Assembly: GCA_012026655.1 (NCBI GenBank)
Contig: JAAILG010001168.1
Span: 1 to 64,000, forward strand
DNA from: Hydrolagus affinis
Lineage: Eukaryota
DNA length: 64,000 nucleotides
Reading direction: 5' to 3'
The notes under the pieces were generated by a model. It had not been told where the DNA came from. It did no database searches and saw only the letters and a list, made by a program, of their open reading frames with translations. Numbering within the stretch: position 1 is the stretch's first letter; the number at the start of each line of letters is the position of its first letter. Both the position numbers and the translations under genes were made by a program. Shown in pieces: positions 12,985 to 26,959 of the stretch.

Positions 12985-13635
12985 CAACAACAACAACAAA
13001 ACAACAAAATTGCACTTATGTAGCGCCTTTCAAGTCAGAAGGATGTCCCAGAGCGCTGAACAGATCAGGACCCCAGTGGGGGTCGGGGGGAGGGTAGGGG
13101 AAAGAGTTAGTGGGGGAGCCGAAGGCGTGGTCAAAGAGGAAGGTCTTGAGACCGGCCTTGACGGAGGAAAGGGAGGAAGCGAGGCGGAGAGGCTGCGGGA
13201 TGGAGTTCCACAGTGTGGGAGCAGAGAGACTGAAAGTCCGGCCACCGATGGTTGGGCGGTTGGGGCGGTGGACGCGGAGCAGGCCTGCATCTGCTGAACG
13301 GAGGGTGCGGGCAGGCTGATAGGGAGACAGTAGGTCAGAGAGATAGGCGGGGCAAGGCCGGGAATGGCCTTGAAAGTGAGGACGAGGATCTTGAATTCGA
13401 TCCTCTGGGGGATCGGGAGCCAGTGGAGATGGGCGAGGGTGGGAGTGATGTGGTCGCGAAGCCTGGTGTGGGAGAGTACACGAGCTGCAGAATTCTGAAT
13501 GATCTGCAGCCTGTGAAGGGAGGAGCTGGGAAGGCCGATGAGGAGAGAGTTCCCATAGTCGAGCCTGGAAGTGATAAAGGCGTGGATGAGAGTTTTGGCG
13601 GCATTGACCCAAAGCGAACATCTCAGGAGGTAGCA
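12985..13635 (-). mobile_element. Well-preserved L2-clade LINE 3' end (ORF2 C-terminus with one frameshift)
   Basis: AKTLIHAFITSRLDYGNSLL...QNSAAR...HITPTLAHLHWLPIPQRIEFK, then YLSDLL...SAPTLWNSIP...KTFLFDHAF. (caa)n tail. Confidence 0.95.
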
Positions 13636-14507
13636 ATTTGATATGTACAATATTGCTCAAGTAAGATGGTATTGGAGCCCTGTATCATGCAATGTTACAT
13701 GCACAGCAGCACAAACCAGCCATCGTAGATAAGAGTTCTTCCAGAAAGCTTTGCAACCATGTACTATTATTTTCCTTAGAACATATTTACAAACACAGAA
13801 CTGCTATTTGACATCCCTATCTAATTTTTGCTGTTTGCTGTATATCTTAACTTTGTTGAGCCTGATGTCCAGACATTTAGTTCCAAAAAGAATTGTTGTA
13901 TATTGATCACGTGTAGTCCCCTTTCCCTCAGCCAGGAGCACTGAGACTAATTGTAGCACCGCAGCCATCACTCCAGCTAAGATCAATTAACTGAGTAATC
14001 AAACCTGAGACCTTCCTGGTCTTTATAATCTCATCTTTTCATTGAATAGATGGGCTGAGCTCTTTGACGGAGTTGTCTGCTTCTATTTTCTTGCTGCTTA
14101 TGAATTTGCATTTTACTTTACAGTTGCCACTTAGTAATGCTGAGAGTTAGATCCCGACGTGAAAGGCGAAAGGCTCTATATAAGTGCAGTTTTGTTGTTG
14201 TTGCTGTATAAAAGTTCACCAAAAATCCTTCTTTTGTAGTGACCTGAAGAACGTGAAGCTCTGAGTATTTTTCTGAATTTACACCTCTGTCCATAACAGT
14301 GACTGTTCAATAAGTTTCTCATAACTGATTTTCCACATGATGGAATATTTAATTTTTTTGAAAAAAATCCCTGAAATTATTTACTGATTTAATTCTGTTT
14401 GTAGTTTAGAAATCTGTGCTTTCCTAGCACTAATTTACATCTTCCTGAGTGATGATAAAGTACGCAGGCAACATATAGTCTATTTCAGTGACTGCTTGGC
14501 ATCATTA

Positions 14508-15337
14508 ATCATAGAATTTGTCAGCACAAAAGGAGGCCATTCGTCCCATCGTGTCTGTGCCGACTTTTTGAAAAGAACTATTCAAGTCAATCCCACTCCC
14601 TGGCTCTCCCCATAACCCCGCAAACCGTCCTTCCCAAATAACCATCCACCTCTCTTTTAAAAGTTATTATCGAATAGACTTCCACCACCATTTCAGGCAA
14701 AGCATCCCAGATTCGAACAACTCGCTGCGTGAAACATTTCTTCTCACCTCCCCTCTGCTTCTTTTAGAATCTGCTTGAAATCTGTGATCTGAATCATTGA
14801 CGCACCCGCCAGTGGAAATAGTTTTTCCCTGTTTACCCTATCGAATCCTCTCATGATTTTGAAAACCTCTATTACGTCTCCTTGTAACCTTCTCTGCTCC
14901 AATGAGAATAATCCTTGTCTCTCTAGCCTTTCCTCATAACCAAAGTCCCTCATTCCCGGTACCATCCTGGTAAATCTTCTCTGCACCCTTTCCAATGCCT
15001 TAACATCCTTGCTGTAGTATGGTTCCCAGAACTGAACACAGTACTCCAGCCGAGGCCTACTCAGTATTTTATACAGGTTAATCATTACTTCCTGACTTTT
15101 GTACTCTATGCTCCTATTTATAAAGGCTAGTATTCCTTATGCTTTTTTAACAATCTCATCTACCTGTCCTGCCACCTTTAAAGATTGACTTACATGAATT
15201 CCCAAGTCTCTCTGTTCCTTCACCCCCCACCCCCCCACTTCCCCCCTTAAGATTGTACTATCTAGCCTATATTGCCTCTCCTCATTCTTCCTCCCAAAAT
15301 GCACCACCTCACATTTCTCCACATTAAACATCATCTT
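14508..15337 (-). mobile_element. CR1-clade LINE 3' end (degenerate ORF2 C-terminus and 3'UTR)
   Basis: FNVEKCEVVHFGRKN...EQRDLG, and RPRLEYCVQFW.P..KDV.ALERVQRRFTRM...LFSLEQRRL. The CR1-type 3' terminus reads atcatagaat...ggaggccattcg on +. Confidence 0.95.
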
Positions 15338-18300
15338 CCTGATGAATTGAGGTCAGAGCTCTGTGCTTGTCTCCATTCTGGCATTTACTTGGGCATCACA
15401 AGATAGCTGATGCAGTTGGGTTATTTTGTGACAAAGGTTGATTTCAGTGACTATCCTGTAGATTACATGACAGTTGGCTAATGGGGCCTATTATGAATCT
15501 GCACCTGTTCAAATACCTTGGGACAAATGATTTGGTGGTCAACTCCCTCCTTACTGGTCTGAAACGCAAAACATAAGGAGTCTTTGAATTTAGATTAAGA
15601 CCTTATTGGGTTTTTTTTGTGTGTGTGAGGTAATGAACTTTTTTGTTTGAGGTGGGAGCGTGAATTATTGGTATTAGATACTCTAAGGTATAGTTCATGA
15701 TGATTTCCTTGTTTCTGCTGCAAAAATATACCATTTAGTGCCATCAAGAGCTTATTGTGGGAGTTCACTGACAAAAGTCGCTGCGGTTTACAGTATGAAG
15801 TGCTTCAAGAGATTCTCCTGATATAAAAACGCTTTAATCAAATCAAGGATTATTATTATTTTCCATTTCCTACATTGCTAATGATTTCTGTGAGTGAGAT
15901 TACCACTTTGTTCAGAGGGGTGAGAATTTCAATCCCTCAAATCTGAGCTAAATTTGACCCAACATCCCAGATGTGAATTGGGGATCTGTTCAACACGTTC
16001 TCTAACGTGAACAGTTGCAATCGGTCTGTAGTAAGGAATACAAGGAGGGCTGTTTCCCACCCAGCTCCTATGGGCACACATGGTAAGGATGTACTGTACA
16101 TTGAATATTGATCCAATGGCTGTTAAAATTACGTTGCAATATGTGTTTAATTATTGGGCTGGGTTACTCTTATTGTTAATAGAATTACTAAAACTAGTAT
16201 CATCTTGAACAGGAATGCCAAGTCATCTCCACAGTGTATTGTAAAAGCATTAGCTGTCCGCATCTAAACATTAGGGTGATTAGCTTATACAGGACAGTGT
16301 TTGATCTGGGTAATACGTTGATGTATAGTGATATAGTAAGTACTTGAAAAGTAATAAAATGTAATTACATTTTTTTTAGGAAAAGCTTTCTAATTTAATG
16401 CTGTGAAGCCCTTTTATGGTGAATCTTATTTATTGTGACTAACTTTAAGGAGCCAGATGATTGAGTTACCGCCTGACAGTTTAATGAAATAGATAAAGTA
16501 GTATGTTCAGTTACAATAAACAGTCAGGTCAACTTGCAATTGTTGCGTTCTAGACATTGATTTACAGAGTGATTCAAGAACTAATCCAATGAAGGTGCTT
16601 TATTCTTGATCTTGTGAACCAAAGCTGGAATTGACCAGATACTTCACAAAAAATTGTGGTCCTTAGACTTTTCTGTAGCTGGATGCACTTTTGAAATCGT
16701 AATTACTGTAAGAGGTTCAGTCAATGCACAGAGATTAAGCGAGTTTCCATTGATTTGTAAGTTGCATTTCATCGCTTCTTATTGGCTAAATAATAGAAGA
16801 TCAGCTCTCAAATTTTCCCTGTAAAAGGGTAGAGATTTCAATATAGCAGTAATATTATTCTATTTGACTTATAGTAATTGGATGGTTGACTTAATGTGGT
16901 TTTCTATTCCAAGAACTGTATACAGTATTTGAGAATGCCACATCTTCCTTGTTTCGTTTTGAGATTCACTAACATATTTTCATGTTTGATTTAATGTGCA
17001 AAAATGGTGAACTACTGTATGAATGTAGCCTTTTCAGTGTATACTATGTGACTGCCAACAAATGTCTCCTTGCTGGGGGAGTGAGTATTGCTGGCCACAA
17101 TTTGGACAGGCTTCTTGGTGTAGAACACAAGTTCTGCTGCTAGTTAATTGGATAAATCCAGTAGACTTAATTTGGCAAGCTCATTCACGTCTGCCTCAAA
17201 CTCTGGAAGTTTTTATTTCTGTTTTACCATATGCCGAAACACTAACTTGCATAATGTACGGTATGTTAATTGATTCCATGTAGGTTGTTGTGGTTTTGAT
17301 TGAAAATAGAATGGAAACATAATGTCATTAGCAGAAAAAATTCCACAACAGTCATTTTTGTCTTTTTCTTACCACATCTGGGAGCATGATACTGTGGTTT
17401 AGTCTGTATCTGCTGCACAGTTTATGGTGCAACTAAATATAGTGTTTTCTTCAAAAAAAAGTTCAATGAATAGTCAGGAAATACTTTGATTATGATGGAG
17501 TTTATGAGAATGTGGAGTCCAGGTGGCTTTCCCTTCAGAACAAAGGACATCTAACTACCTTTTTATTAGTCCATTAATGTGTGTGTGTATTTAAAAAGAA
17601 ACTGTACTCGTGTTCTGCTTTCCTCTTTCTCTCGCTTTCCCAGAATACTGGGGGAAAAAAAATCATTATGACATTTTAATGGAGCATTGCACTATGGCAG
17701 TCTGCTGTGCTTTGCGGGTGTCTAAATATAATCTCAAGGAGAATAAAGGTTGATTGGAAAAGGGAGTGGTGAGGTCACCAGAGGCCTCACCCTTACTGAA
17801 TGCAGGGGTCAAATCTGAAAGTAGACCAGCTTCCCATTTCAGGCTTTTAAGACATAGTTGACATTAAACATAATCTATGGTATGCAATGCAAATCACATT
17901 CCAACAAGCTAATTATAGGAAGAATGCATTCACTTGACTAGGTAGCATGGATGTCAGCATGTAGAAGGGCTATCATATTATGTACATTTACTGTCTTCAG
18001 TGCAATTAGAATGAAATTGTTTGGTTCTGAAGTGCCATAAGAAAATTAACACATCATTAACCTAATTGCCTTCTTCTGTTTCATGTGTGAACAGCAACAT
18101 TACAAAAAAAATCTGTAACGGACACTGGAGCATTCCTGATTTATTCCCCTGTTCTCTCTTGTACCATAATGTGTTATCTGAAATCCCTGTGCACCATATT
18201 GGTTCATGATGCTTTTATTGTAATGCTTGACCCACAGTACAATAAATACTGTGTGTGCTCTTCTAAGAAAAATGTGAAATATAAAGTGAATCACTATGCA

Positions 18301-21300
18301 ACTTAATATTATTTTGTAAATTCCCTTGTGGGACATGTCGCCTTCACCACTTCACCAACAAATAGCGCTGCAGTAAAAGATTTTCAAAAAAACACAGAAA
18401 ATCCATTTTGCCTCTTGGGAGGCAGGTGCAAACAGAAGGATTAGTGATTACATCAGTGACCTTCATGCCAAATGTGAAAGTAGCATTGGACAATTTGTGA
18501 CTTTATAAATCAGACAGGAAGCTATGAAGAAATGTTACATATGTTGTAAATGATCATTTAAAAACGAAGTACAGAAATAGGAAAAATGTGTGAGTATCTG
18601 TCAATTACATTTCACTTTAATCAAATCTAATTGGCACATGTAGAATTTTGGGGGGACGTTTAATGTTATGAAATTGTTAGAATTTGTTGCAAATAGATTA
18701 CAGAGAAATAAACAGTCGATATTTAAGAATAGATTTCAGTCTATAAAGTTTCTGAAAAGTGAAATGTAACTATGACTAGTATTACTGGCAAATGCACCTG
18801 ATTACCACAACCTAAACATTTTTATTTTCCCTAAAAGTGTCTGAATAATGGTTCATATCCTTAAATGAGGCCATTAAACAGCTATTTCATCTGACCAAAT
18901 AAATGGATTTTCAGAGTCAGCATTGACATGATGGGCTGAATGGCCTTCTGCTGCAAATTTTAGACTGTTCCAAATAGTTTATGGAACATAAACCATAGAA
19001 ATAATATATTTGTTTCAGAGCTTTAGGAACAACTACAGCAATGATCTATCTTAACTGCATCATCGGGCATTGTTCAATATTACTTTGATTCTATGGAAGC
19101 AAACTATTGAGCCTTTATGCCATTAACAGGATTTGTAGCCATGAACATGAAATATGAACAATATTCCATGATACCTGGTTGCAACATTATTCAAATAAAT
19201 TGATTTTCATCATGTAATATTTTGGGTGAATGCTCCCAGGAACATTTTGTAATGATTGAAATCTGATAGCAAATGAATTGTGCTTAATGTACGTTCAATG
19301 TGTTACTCTTTTCCATTTTGAAAGATTTCATTTTTTTTCTGAGAAGCTGTAGGTTCACTCCTGAATTAACAGAATTTGAAGATTTTATTAAGATTTTGTT
19401 TAAAATGTGCCAAGATGTACAGCAGCAATTAAGCAATTAAGAGTTTTGGATTGTTTAATTGGAAATCAATTTGCTGAACCTGTCTTCCCAGGATTTTGTG
19501 TAAAACTAATGGACTAAACTAATGACATTATTGATGATACAAAATACATGCTCATCACCCTAAAAGTCAAAGCTTTTACTTTTCATGTGATTGATTTCAC
19601 TAGTAGCTATTTTTGTACAATTTGCATTCTGCAGTGTTTATTGTAGCAACCTCTGCCTTTTTAAAGGAGCATTATAGTTATTTGAAAGCCTTTCAAATTA
19701 GTGGTCAATATGGGTGCCCATTTAACAGTTTACCTTTGGTTCATGTTTAAAGATCTTACTTAACATTGAGTTATTGCTGAGAAAAAAAGCTGACTATTTC
19801 TTCTCCCTTCCTCCCTGAATACTCTGCTGGGTCAGGCTATTTGACTGGAAGGGGGCATGTGGTCACTGCTGATACTAATCATCATCTCATCAGAAGTCTA
19901 CATGCATGGCACACACACACTTTGTCGATATCAACTTCCTCTATTGAAGTTACTTCCACCTTTCCAAAATGGCTTGAGAAAATATGGTCAACTGATTTTA
20001 ATAATAATACTGCTTGCCTTTGATATAGTGCCTTAACACATCATTGAGACATCTCAAAATGCTTCACAAAATGTGCTGAAAAGTGAATTGACTGTGGGCG
20101 AACCTGTTAAGCCTGTAGTTAGAATAGGGAACCTATTGTACTTGTATGTATTTGTCCCTCTGTCATTCCAGATATTCATATCCACTGGGAACTACCCAAG
20201 GTCATTCCACTTAAGACTCTTAGAATCAGGAGAGATTTTCATTCGATTGTTCTGGATTTCAGCCCAGGTCCTAGATGGTAAAGGAAAATATGATCACTTA
20301 TGACCCATTACCACAAGGTACCATTGCTTACTGAATGAGCAGGCCAATAATCTGCTCCTAGTTTTCTGTCTATGAAACTTGTGAGCTGGTTGGATGGATT
20401 ATTGTTGACTCTTATCAGTACCTCCGAGTCATGGTGGAGACCAACTTCAGTATGGAGACTGCCCTGAAGGAGCAAAGGGCACTCTGCTCATGTTCATCCC
20501 TCTTCAAGAACAGCAAGATCCCAATGCTGGTCAAACTTGTGGGATCGGTAGGACTTGGAAGGGCAGACTTAGGGCAAGGAGTCATCTCACTCGGCTACTT
20601 TTAACCCTGCAAGTCAAACAGGTAGGGCGATCCTAGCTGGACATGTAGCGGGAAAGCTTGCTGGAAGCAATATCAATTCCATAGGGTTTTAGCTGGTTAG
20701 ACTCCAGCAGTACCCAACCCACACTCTGGGTTCACCAAACATTGGCTTTTGCCAACCTGGGCTTAACACTTACCGGAATTAGCTAAGCAGGATGCGTCCC
20801 TCCAGGGAGTGAGTGTACATTCCATTCCAACAATCTATTTCTGAGAATTCCTTGTGCATGGGAATCTCAGCTTGGTTTGGATACTCTTAAACATGGTGAT
20901 GGATTTCCGCATGTGTCAGATACGCGGCTGACGCCCCCCCAAAAAAAAAAATTGGATTGGTTATCTAAACCTTCCGATGCTTTTCCCGTCAACTAGCAAA
21001 GCAGAGAAAATCTACTCCTAAGCTCCTCTAAAGCAGCCAAGTTGAGAACAAGAATCCATCATAGAGAGAGTCATGGGTGAAATCCTATTTATACTGCTCA
21101 GTAGTATGAATTTGATTAGTTTAACCATCTGTAAAAAAAAAAATGTTTTAATATCTATATGGCGATGCCACAAACCAAAGGCCATATTTACTATGCAGAG
21201 CAGCAATTGCAATACCATCTGATGGTCTACATGGGACTCACTGGGAGGGATAAGGCCATCTACATGCAACACCCCACCTTATTTTACATTGGTTAAAATT

Positions 21301-23509
21301 TACATTAGTTCTCTTCAAGGCTATGTACCATTCCAAAATGAGAGGTTGAACAAATGAGGCAGCTTTTCAATACTGTACACACTAGCTAATTGAGCTTACT
21401 AACAATTAAACAATCCTATTTGGTATAAATTGCTTCCATTCAGGCAAGTCACTGTAATTCCTGTTGCTTACAGAGACGAATAATATGCTTGCTGGATCAA
21501 AATGTTTTGATTAAGAAACATTTCAGATGGCACAGCAGAGAAGCTCTATATAATGGGTAAATAGATACAGTGTACTAATATTAAGGAATTAGAGGTCCGT
21601 GGGTCATTGAATTATATGAGCTGCCAGAAATCAAACGTCTAAATTGCATTTACTGTCTCTGCATGACACTGAAACTGTAGAAGAAATGATATATCAACAG
21701 CCATATTGGCTCTAGGGTATTGCTACTGAACTCTGTGCTTTGTTACTTATATTTAGATTGTTCTGCCTATTTCCTTTAATAGTGTTTACCTACAGTAGCT
21801 TTGACCCTGGTGTTCAAATACTGCTGAGAATGGTGCATTCCACAAAGATTGTTAATGTCTGGGGACAGTTGGAATGGAAAGATTAGTTAAAACCAACATT
21901 AATAATTGTCACCATTTTCACCGTTGGAAAGATGCATCTTTCAGTTGTACGTACATGTGTGGATTGGGCTGGAGCAATAGCCTTTCAGCACCAGTTGTCA
22001 AAACAATGTTTGTAACTGTTTTTTCCCTTTAGGTTCTTGCTGCCGAGGCATGGAATATTAATGAAATTGTTTATTCTCTTTGATTTGCAGCTGATGTTGT
22101 GCAGTCTATTGATGAGAGACTTTTTTTTCCAGCTACTGTAGCATGTTTTGTATTTATTTGCATGTTTTTCGTTGATGTTAGGACATTTTGATGCATCTTC
22201 AGCTGAGGTACAAAGGGAAACATTGATGAAACGTGTTTTCGACGGTCAGTGTCACCCATTAAAAAAAAGCACTGCGATACCGTTGTCAAGGGTGTCACTA
22301 TCTTTTCCTGGAAACGTATCCATATGCAGCAAATTTCCTCTTAAAAAAACAGATCAAAACCTATAAAGTGGATCATTTATATGCCACTCCCCATTATAGA
22401 ACAGCATGGGGACAGTTAATGAGAGGCATGGCAAAGGGAATATTTCCATGACTTTGTTCCCATGAAGTCAGTGGCTGAAAGTGCTGTCTTGGGGGAATTA
22501 TTTGAAAGAACAAAAGTGGTTTCTGAATATTTTTTGTGCCACTGGTACTTCAGTCAACACAACAGCTTGCTGCAAAGAGTATGCTACACATAGAGAGACT
22601 TTTTATTGCTCTTTTTTAATCTTAGAAATCCAGCAGTGATGATAAAGGTATCTGTGACATTTGCAATTTTCTATGCACCAGCCCACTCCATTTTCTTCCT
22701 TAGTGCCACTTACATGGTACAGTAAGCCTGTACCATTGAGAATAATTACAGTCTGCATAAAATGAACAGTGTAATACGAACACAGCTTCCTGTAATTGCC
22801 TTTTCATTATTTGCTAACAGTGAGTTACTCAGTCATAAGGAAAAAAAATTGCATAGTAATTGACTGACGATAGGAAGCTGAATCAAATTCCACAAATATG
22901 ATAATTCTAATGTAGCCACAAAACTTCTCCTCCCCCCCCCCCACCTCCCCATTTTTGAAGGAGGTTAAACCATTTATACTATATTGTAAAACTACAATCA
23001 TCAAGATCGAAAGAAAATCATGGTATTAACATTTGCATCCACTTAGGCTGGAGCATCCCATTAGCAGTATTAGAAGTAGAGCAAGGTTATTTTCCATTTC
23101 TGTAACTTGTGTAGCTTCTGACCTAAATAGGATTTTGAGCTTTGTTTGTCTCTGAAGCTATGATATGGAGACTTGTAAGCTGTGGACTAATTGAACCTCT
23201 CTTAAGTTAACCCTAGAAAATACTAGATACCAACACAGGGAAAAAATGCTTAAACACAAACAGATTTTCTGAATCTGAGTTGGTACTTTAGCCATAAATC
23301 TTATCATTTAGATCTATTACAAACAATACTTTTGTTTTGCATTGCTGCATTAGTATTCCACTGATTAATAGTTCTTTATTTGTTTATATAGCTTGAGGCT
23401 TTTCCTTTGTTACAGTTATGATTGTGTATCATAACTATTTAATTCAGTGAAACCCACAGCAAATTATTATTTCACTAACCAAACCAATCTGATTGGTATG
23501 ACTCGGTAA

Positions 23510-23546
23510 TACAACATTTAACATTTAACATTAACATTTAACATTA
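23510..23546. repeat. (ttaacat)n short tandem repeat
   Basis: caacatttaacatttaacattaacatttaacattag. Confidence 0.8.
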
Positions 23547-24799
23547 GAAGGCACTTTGTGCTTGAAGGATTTGTTTGTATTTTCTGGATATGATGATTGC
23601 TTTTCTGTAATTAGTTCCATGGGGACATTACATTCTAACAGTTACAGCCTTTGAAATATTAAACTGCCTAATAAAAGCTTTTGTTGAGAATTCACTGAGG
23701 CTTAATTTTATGCAACAAGTAAGTCAGACTTTTCATTATGTATCATGATAATAATGGACATGCTTTTTATAAGCAAAGAAGGGAGTTTTGTATAGAGGTA
23801 AATCGTCTCTAGTATGGTAATGTCACAGAACACCAAAGAAAATTCAAGGCCAGGAGTTTTATTGAAATGGATGCTTATTATTTTTCATGTAAATGGATTT
23901 GCAAAGCATTTTAAATTGCTATGAGTTGCAAATTGAGACTGGACTATAGAAGATCATATTCGATCATTACTTAACAAAACTAAATTTGTCAGACCATATA
24001 TTGGTGCAATGCAACATATTGTGCGCTGAATTTAACTGTTGTTGCTTACAATTTGGATTGCTTTGGGTAAAGGATTCTTTTATTCATGTAGAAAAATGGA
24101 TTATGGCTTTGGTTGTGTGAAAGTGAATGATTTTCAACTTTTGCCTACAATTAAATATTCACAAGATATTCATGTTTCAACATATTAGATGTTAAAGTTC
24201 ATAAAATATAAACACTATTTTAAGAAGCATACAACATTGTGGTGAAATTTGTTAGCAGACATTGAGGTAAACATAAATGACATTTTAGTTGAAGCATATG
24301 CTTCTAATAACAATAATGGTAGGTGATGTGTTATTTTTTCATATTTCATTTAAAATCCTCTTTAAAAAGGAAATGCAATTATTCACAGGGTTTTCTTTTG
24401 CCTGAAGTAGAATATATGGTATCACTGAGGTTGAAGCTTCCAAATACCCGGTAAGGATGATGTGCAAACAAAATGTCAACTCTTTGAAGATCAGTGTTTG
24501 ACTGCTTTATCAGATTAATACTGATCTTATACTGTTCCTGACATGGAAAATCACTGAATTTTTGAGGGGAGGGTGTTTCGGGTAATTTCGGGTAATTTCG
24601 GGTAACTTTAACCTGCTGCAATACTCGTACTGTACAGCAAGTGTGAATTCTGTTTCCAAATGGTCGCTTAAAAATTCCTGGGTCCTCCAATTGTTAGTCC
24701 AACATCTTTCAATAACTTGCTTCAGGACACATTTGTGCATGCACAGAACTCCAAAATTGAGTATAATTTTTTTTATCATTCACAATCGTATAAATTCCC

Positions 24800-24885
24800 T
24801 TAATCCCACTTCCATGACTGTTTGTGGGACACTGCTATGTGCAATTTGGTTGCTGCATTTTGCCCACAAATATACAGTCAATTTT
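24800..24885 (+). mobile_element. SINE internal/3' fragment
   Basis: ccatgactgtttgtgggacactgctatgtgcaatttggttgctgc. Confidence 0.8.
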
Positions 24886-24967
24886 TCTACTCTTTTTCAT
24901 CCTGCCTTGACCCCTCCCCCCTTGCTCTTGTCCCTACCTAACTGTACAGTGCCTTGGGACGTCTTCT

Positions 24968-24968
<1 letters not shown>

Positions 24969-24998
<30 letters not shown>
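24969..24998. repeat. (GATT)n microsatellite
   Basis: About seven gatt units. Confidence 0.9.
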
Positions 24999-24999
<1 letters not shown>

Positions 25000-25352
25000 C
25001 TAGAGCATAAAACCTAGGGATTGAGAACTTGATGTGCAGTGATTTGTCACATTGACCTTTCATCTCTGAAACCTGAATTCAAATCCAATCCAGATTGATG
25101 AGATGAAAGTCATCTTAATAACAACTGCTCTAAAGTTCATTACATTGAATTCAGGGATAGGTGAACCAAGGCAATTTTTGTTCTTGGTTCTTCAAAATAC
25201 ACACAATAAACACAAATTACATGTAATATCAAATAAAAAATGCATACCACAAATATTTAGGTGTTTGGAAAGCCACAGAATCATAGCATTATATTGTATA
25301 TAATTTAACCCTTTTACTGCAGTAGTATTCCTGCAGAACTCAGAATGTAATG

Positions 25353-25892
25353 TTTATCCAGAATTCTGCGGCCAGTGTCCTCTACCGCTCCAAGCTTCGT
25401 GACCCCATCTTCCTCCATCCTCACCCAAGTCCATTGGCTCCCCATCACCCAGAGGATCCAATTCAAGATCCGGCTCCTTACATTCAAAGCCCCCCATGGC
25501 CTCACCCCACCCTATTTCTGAGACTTCCTAGCCTCCCTCCACTCAGCAGGTTCCGGCCTGCTCCACGTCCTCCGACCCACCCACCCCACCATTGGCGGGT
25601 GACCCTACAGCCACTGCACCTACCTCTGGAATTCCAATCCACTGTCCCACCACCTCTCCCCCTCTCTGGCCTCCTTTAAGTCTCACCTCAAGACACTCCT
25701 CTTCGACGGTCCCATCAGTCACCCCAAATTCTCCCCTTTCCCTCTACCCTCCCCGTCCCCAACACCAACTTGGGTCTGAATCAATGAGTGCTAAACAAGT
25801 GTAATTTTGTTGTTGTTGTCCAGAACCTTGGGACATCCTCCGTCATCCTGACGTGAAAGGCACTATACAAGTGTAATTTTATGTTCTTGTTT
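25353..25892 (+). mobile_element. L2-clade LINE 3' end with doubled tail
   Basis: FIQNSAASVL..KLRDPI remnant, ctctggaattcc, and two consecutive caagtgtaatttt tails. Confidence 0.85.
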
Positions 25893-26836
25893 ATGATGAC
25901 TTTGTGACCTGGAAATCGGCTTTAGTTCAAATTTAAAAAAGAAGAGAAATTAAGATGTGAATTAATTTTCCTTGATTTAGGGAGCATTGGCAAGCTGGAT
26001 AAATACCAATTAACAATTTAAAAATTGCCCTGGCAATCTATTGTATATTATTTTGCTGTATGAAATATATTTTCTAAAGTTTCAATGATTCCACAGTATC
26101 AGACATGTTTATAAATAAATAATCGCAAAATATTTTCATAGAGTCTGTTTTTCTCTAACCATGTAGAAGGCTATAATCAGATGGGGGAGATTCTTTAACA
26201 GAGAATATGCAATGATGGAAGTTTATTATAACATATTTCTGTAAGATCGCCAATTTTATATATTTATATATTTATCAAGTAATAGAGCTAAAATCTCATT
26301 CTAGTTCTATTAATCGATGGAGCAATATATTTTATCTTAGGCCAAGACGATGGCCTGTGATTTTGATTCTTCATCCCCACTAAGGAGATTTTCTAGATGA
26401 TTGCCAGGGAGATTATTTGTGAGTGTTTCAAGGTAATATGCCAATGATGGAAGGTGGTATCAAAAACCAATATCACATGATAGCAAAAAATATATCACTT
26501 CCTTTCCAAGTAGATCTCTCATATAATGCTATAAAGATATTATAAATGGGTGAGCATTGTAAATTTATCGTTGCTTTATTCGGGAGTCCATATTCACAAA
26601 GATATTGGATATAACCAAAGGAGTTCTGTAATATGAATCTGATATTGTGGTTATAGGGTTCAATGTGTCAGGTGTGGACATTTTCTTGAAAGTTGTGTGT
26701 CTTATTGTTATGGCCTCATTCCATGGAGAAAGAAAACCCTTAAGCAATTTACGTAGCTCTCCGTTTTCTTTATAGGGAATATATATCGCAGGAAAGAGAC
26801 CCTAAACCTGAAGTATATTTGTTTTTCCCCCCCCAG

Positions 26837-26959
26837 AGAGAGACCAAATCTGAAACGAACAAACATGACCTATGGCGGGACCTGAACTGTGATGTACAGT
26901 CTCTAAAAAGTGAGTCTGGCTCAGTTGTGAGTGAGGCTGGTGCATCCATTTCCATAAAG
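26837..26959 (+). CDS. Candidate internal coding exon (123 nt, phase 0/0) of an unidentified large gene: RETKSETNKHDLWRDLNCDVQSLKSESGSVVSEAGASISIK
   Basis: Strong acceptor tttgtttttccccccccag| and donor AAG|gtaaag. Length is a multiple of 3, only the phase-0 frame is open, and the sequence is unique. Confidence 0.65.

Noticed and set aside
13016-13660. Longest ORFs (214 and 206 aa) as a host gene
   Set aside because: Frameshifted, 5'-truncated L2 ORF2 remnant.
22033-22085. Strong acceptor ttttttccctttag
   Set aside because: Early stop codon and no convincing donor.
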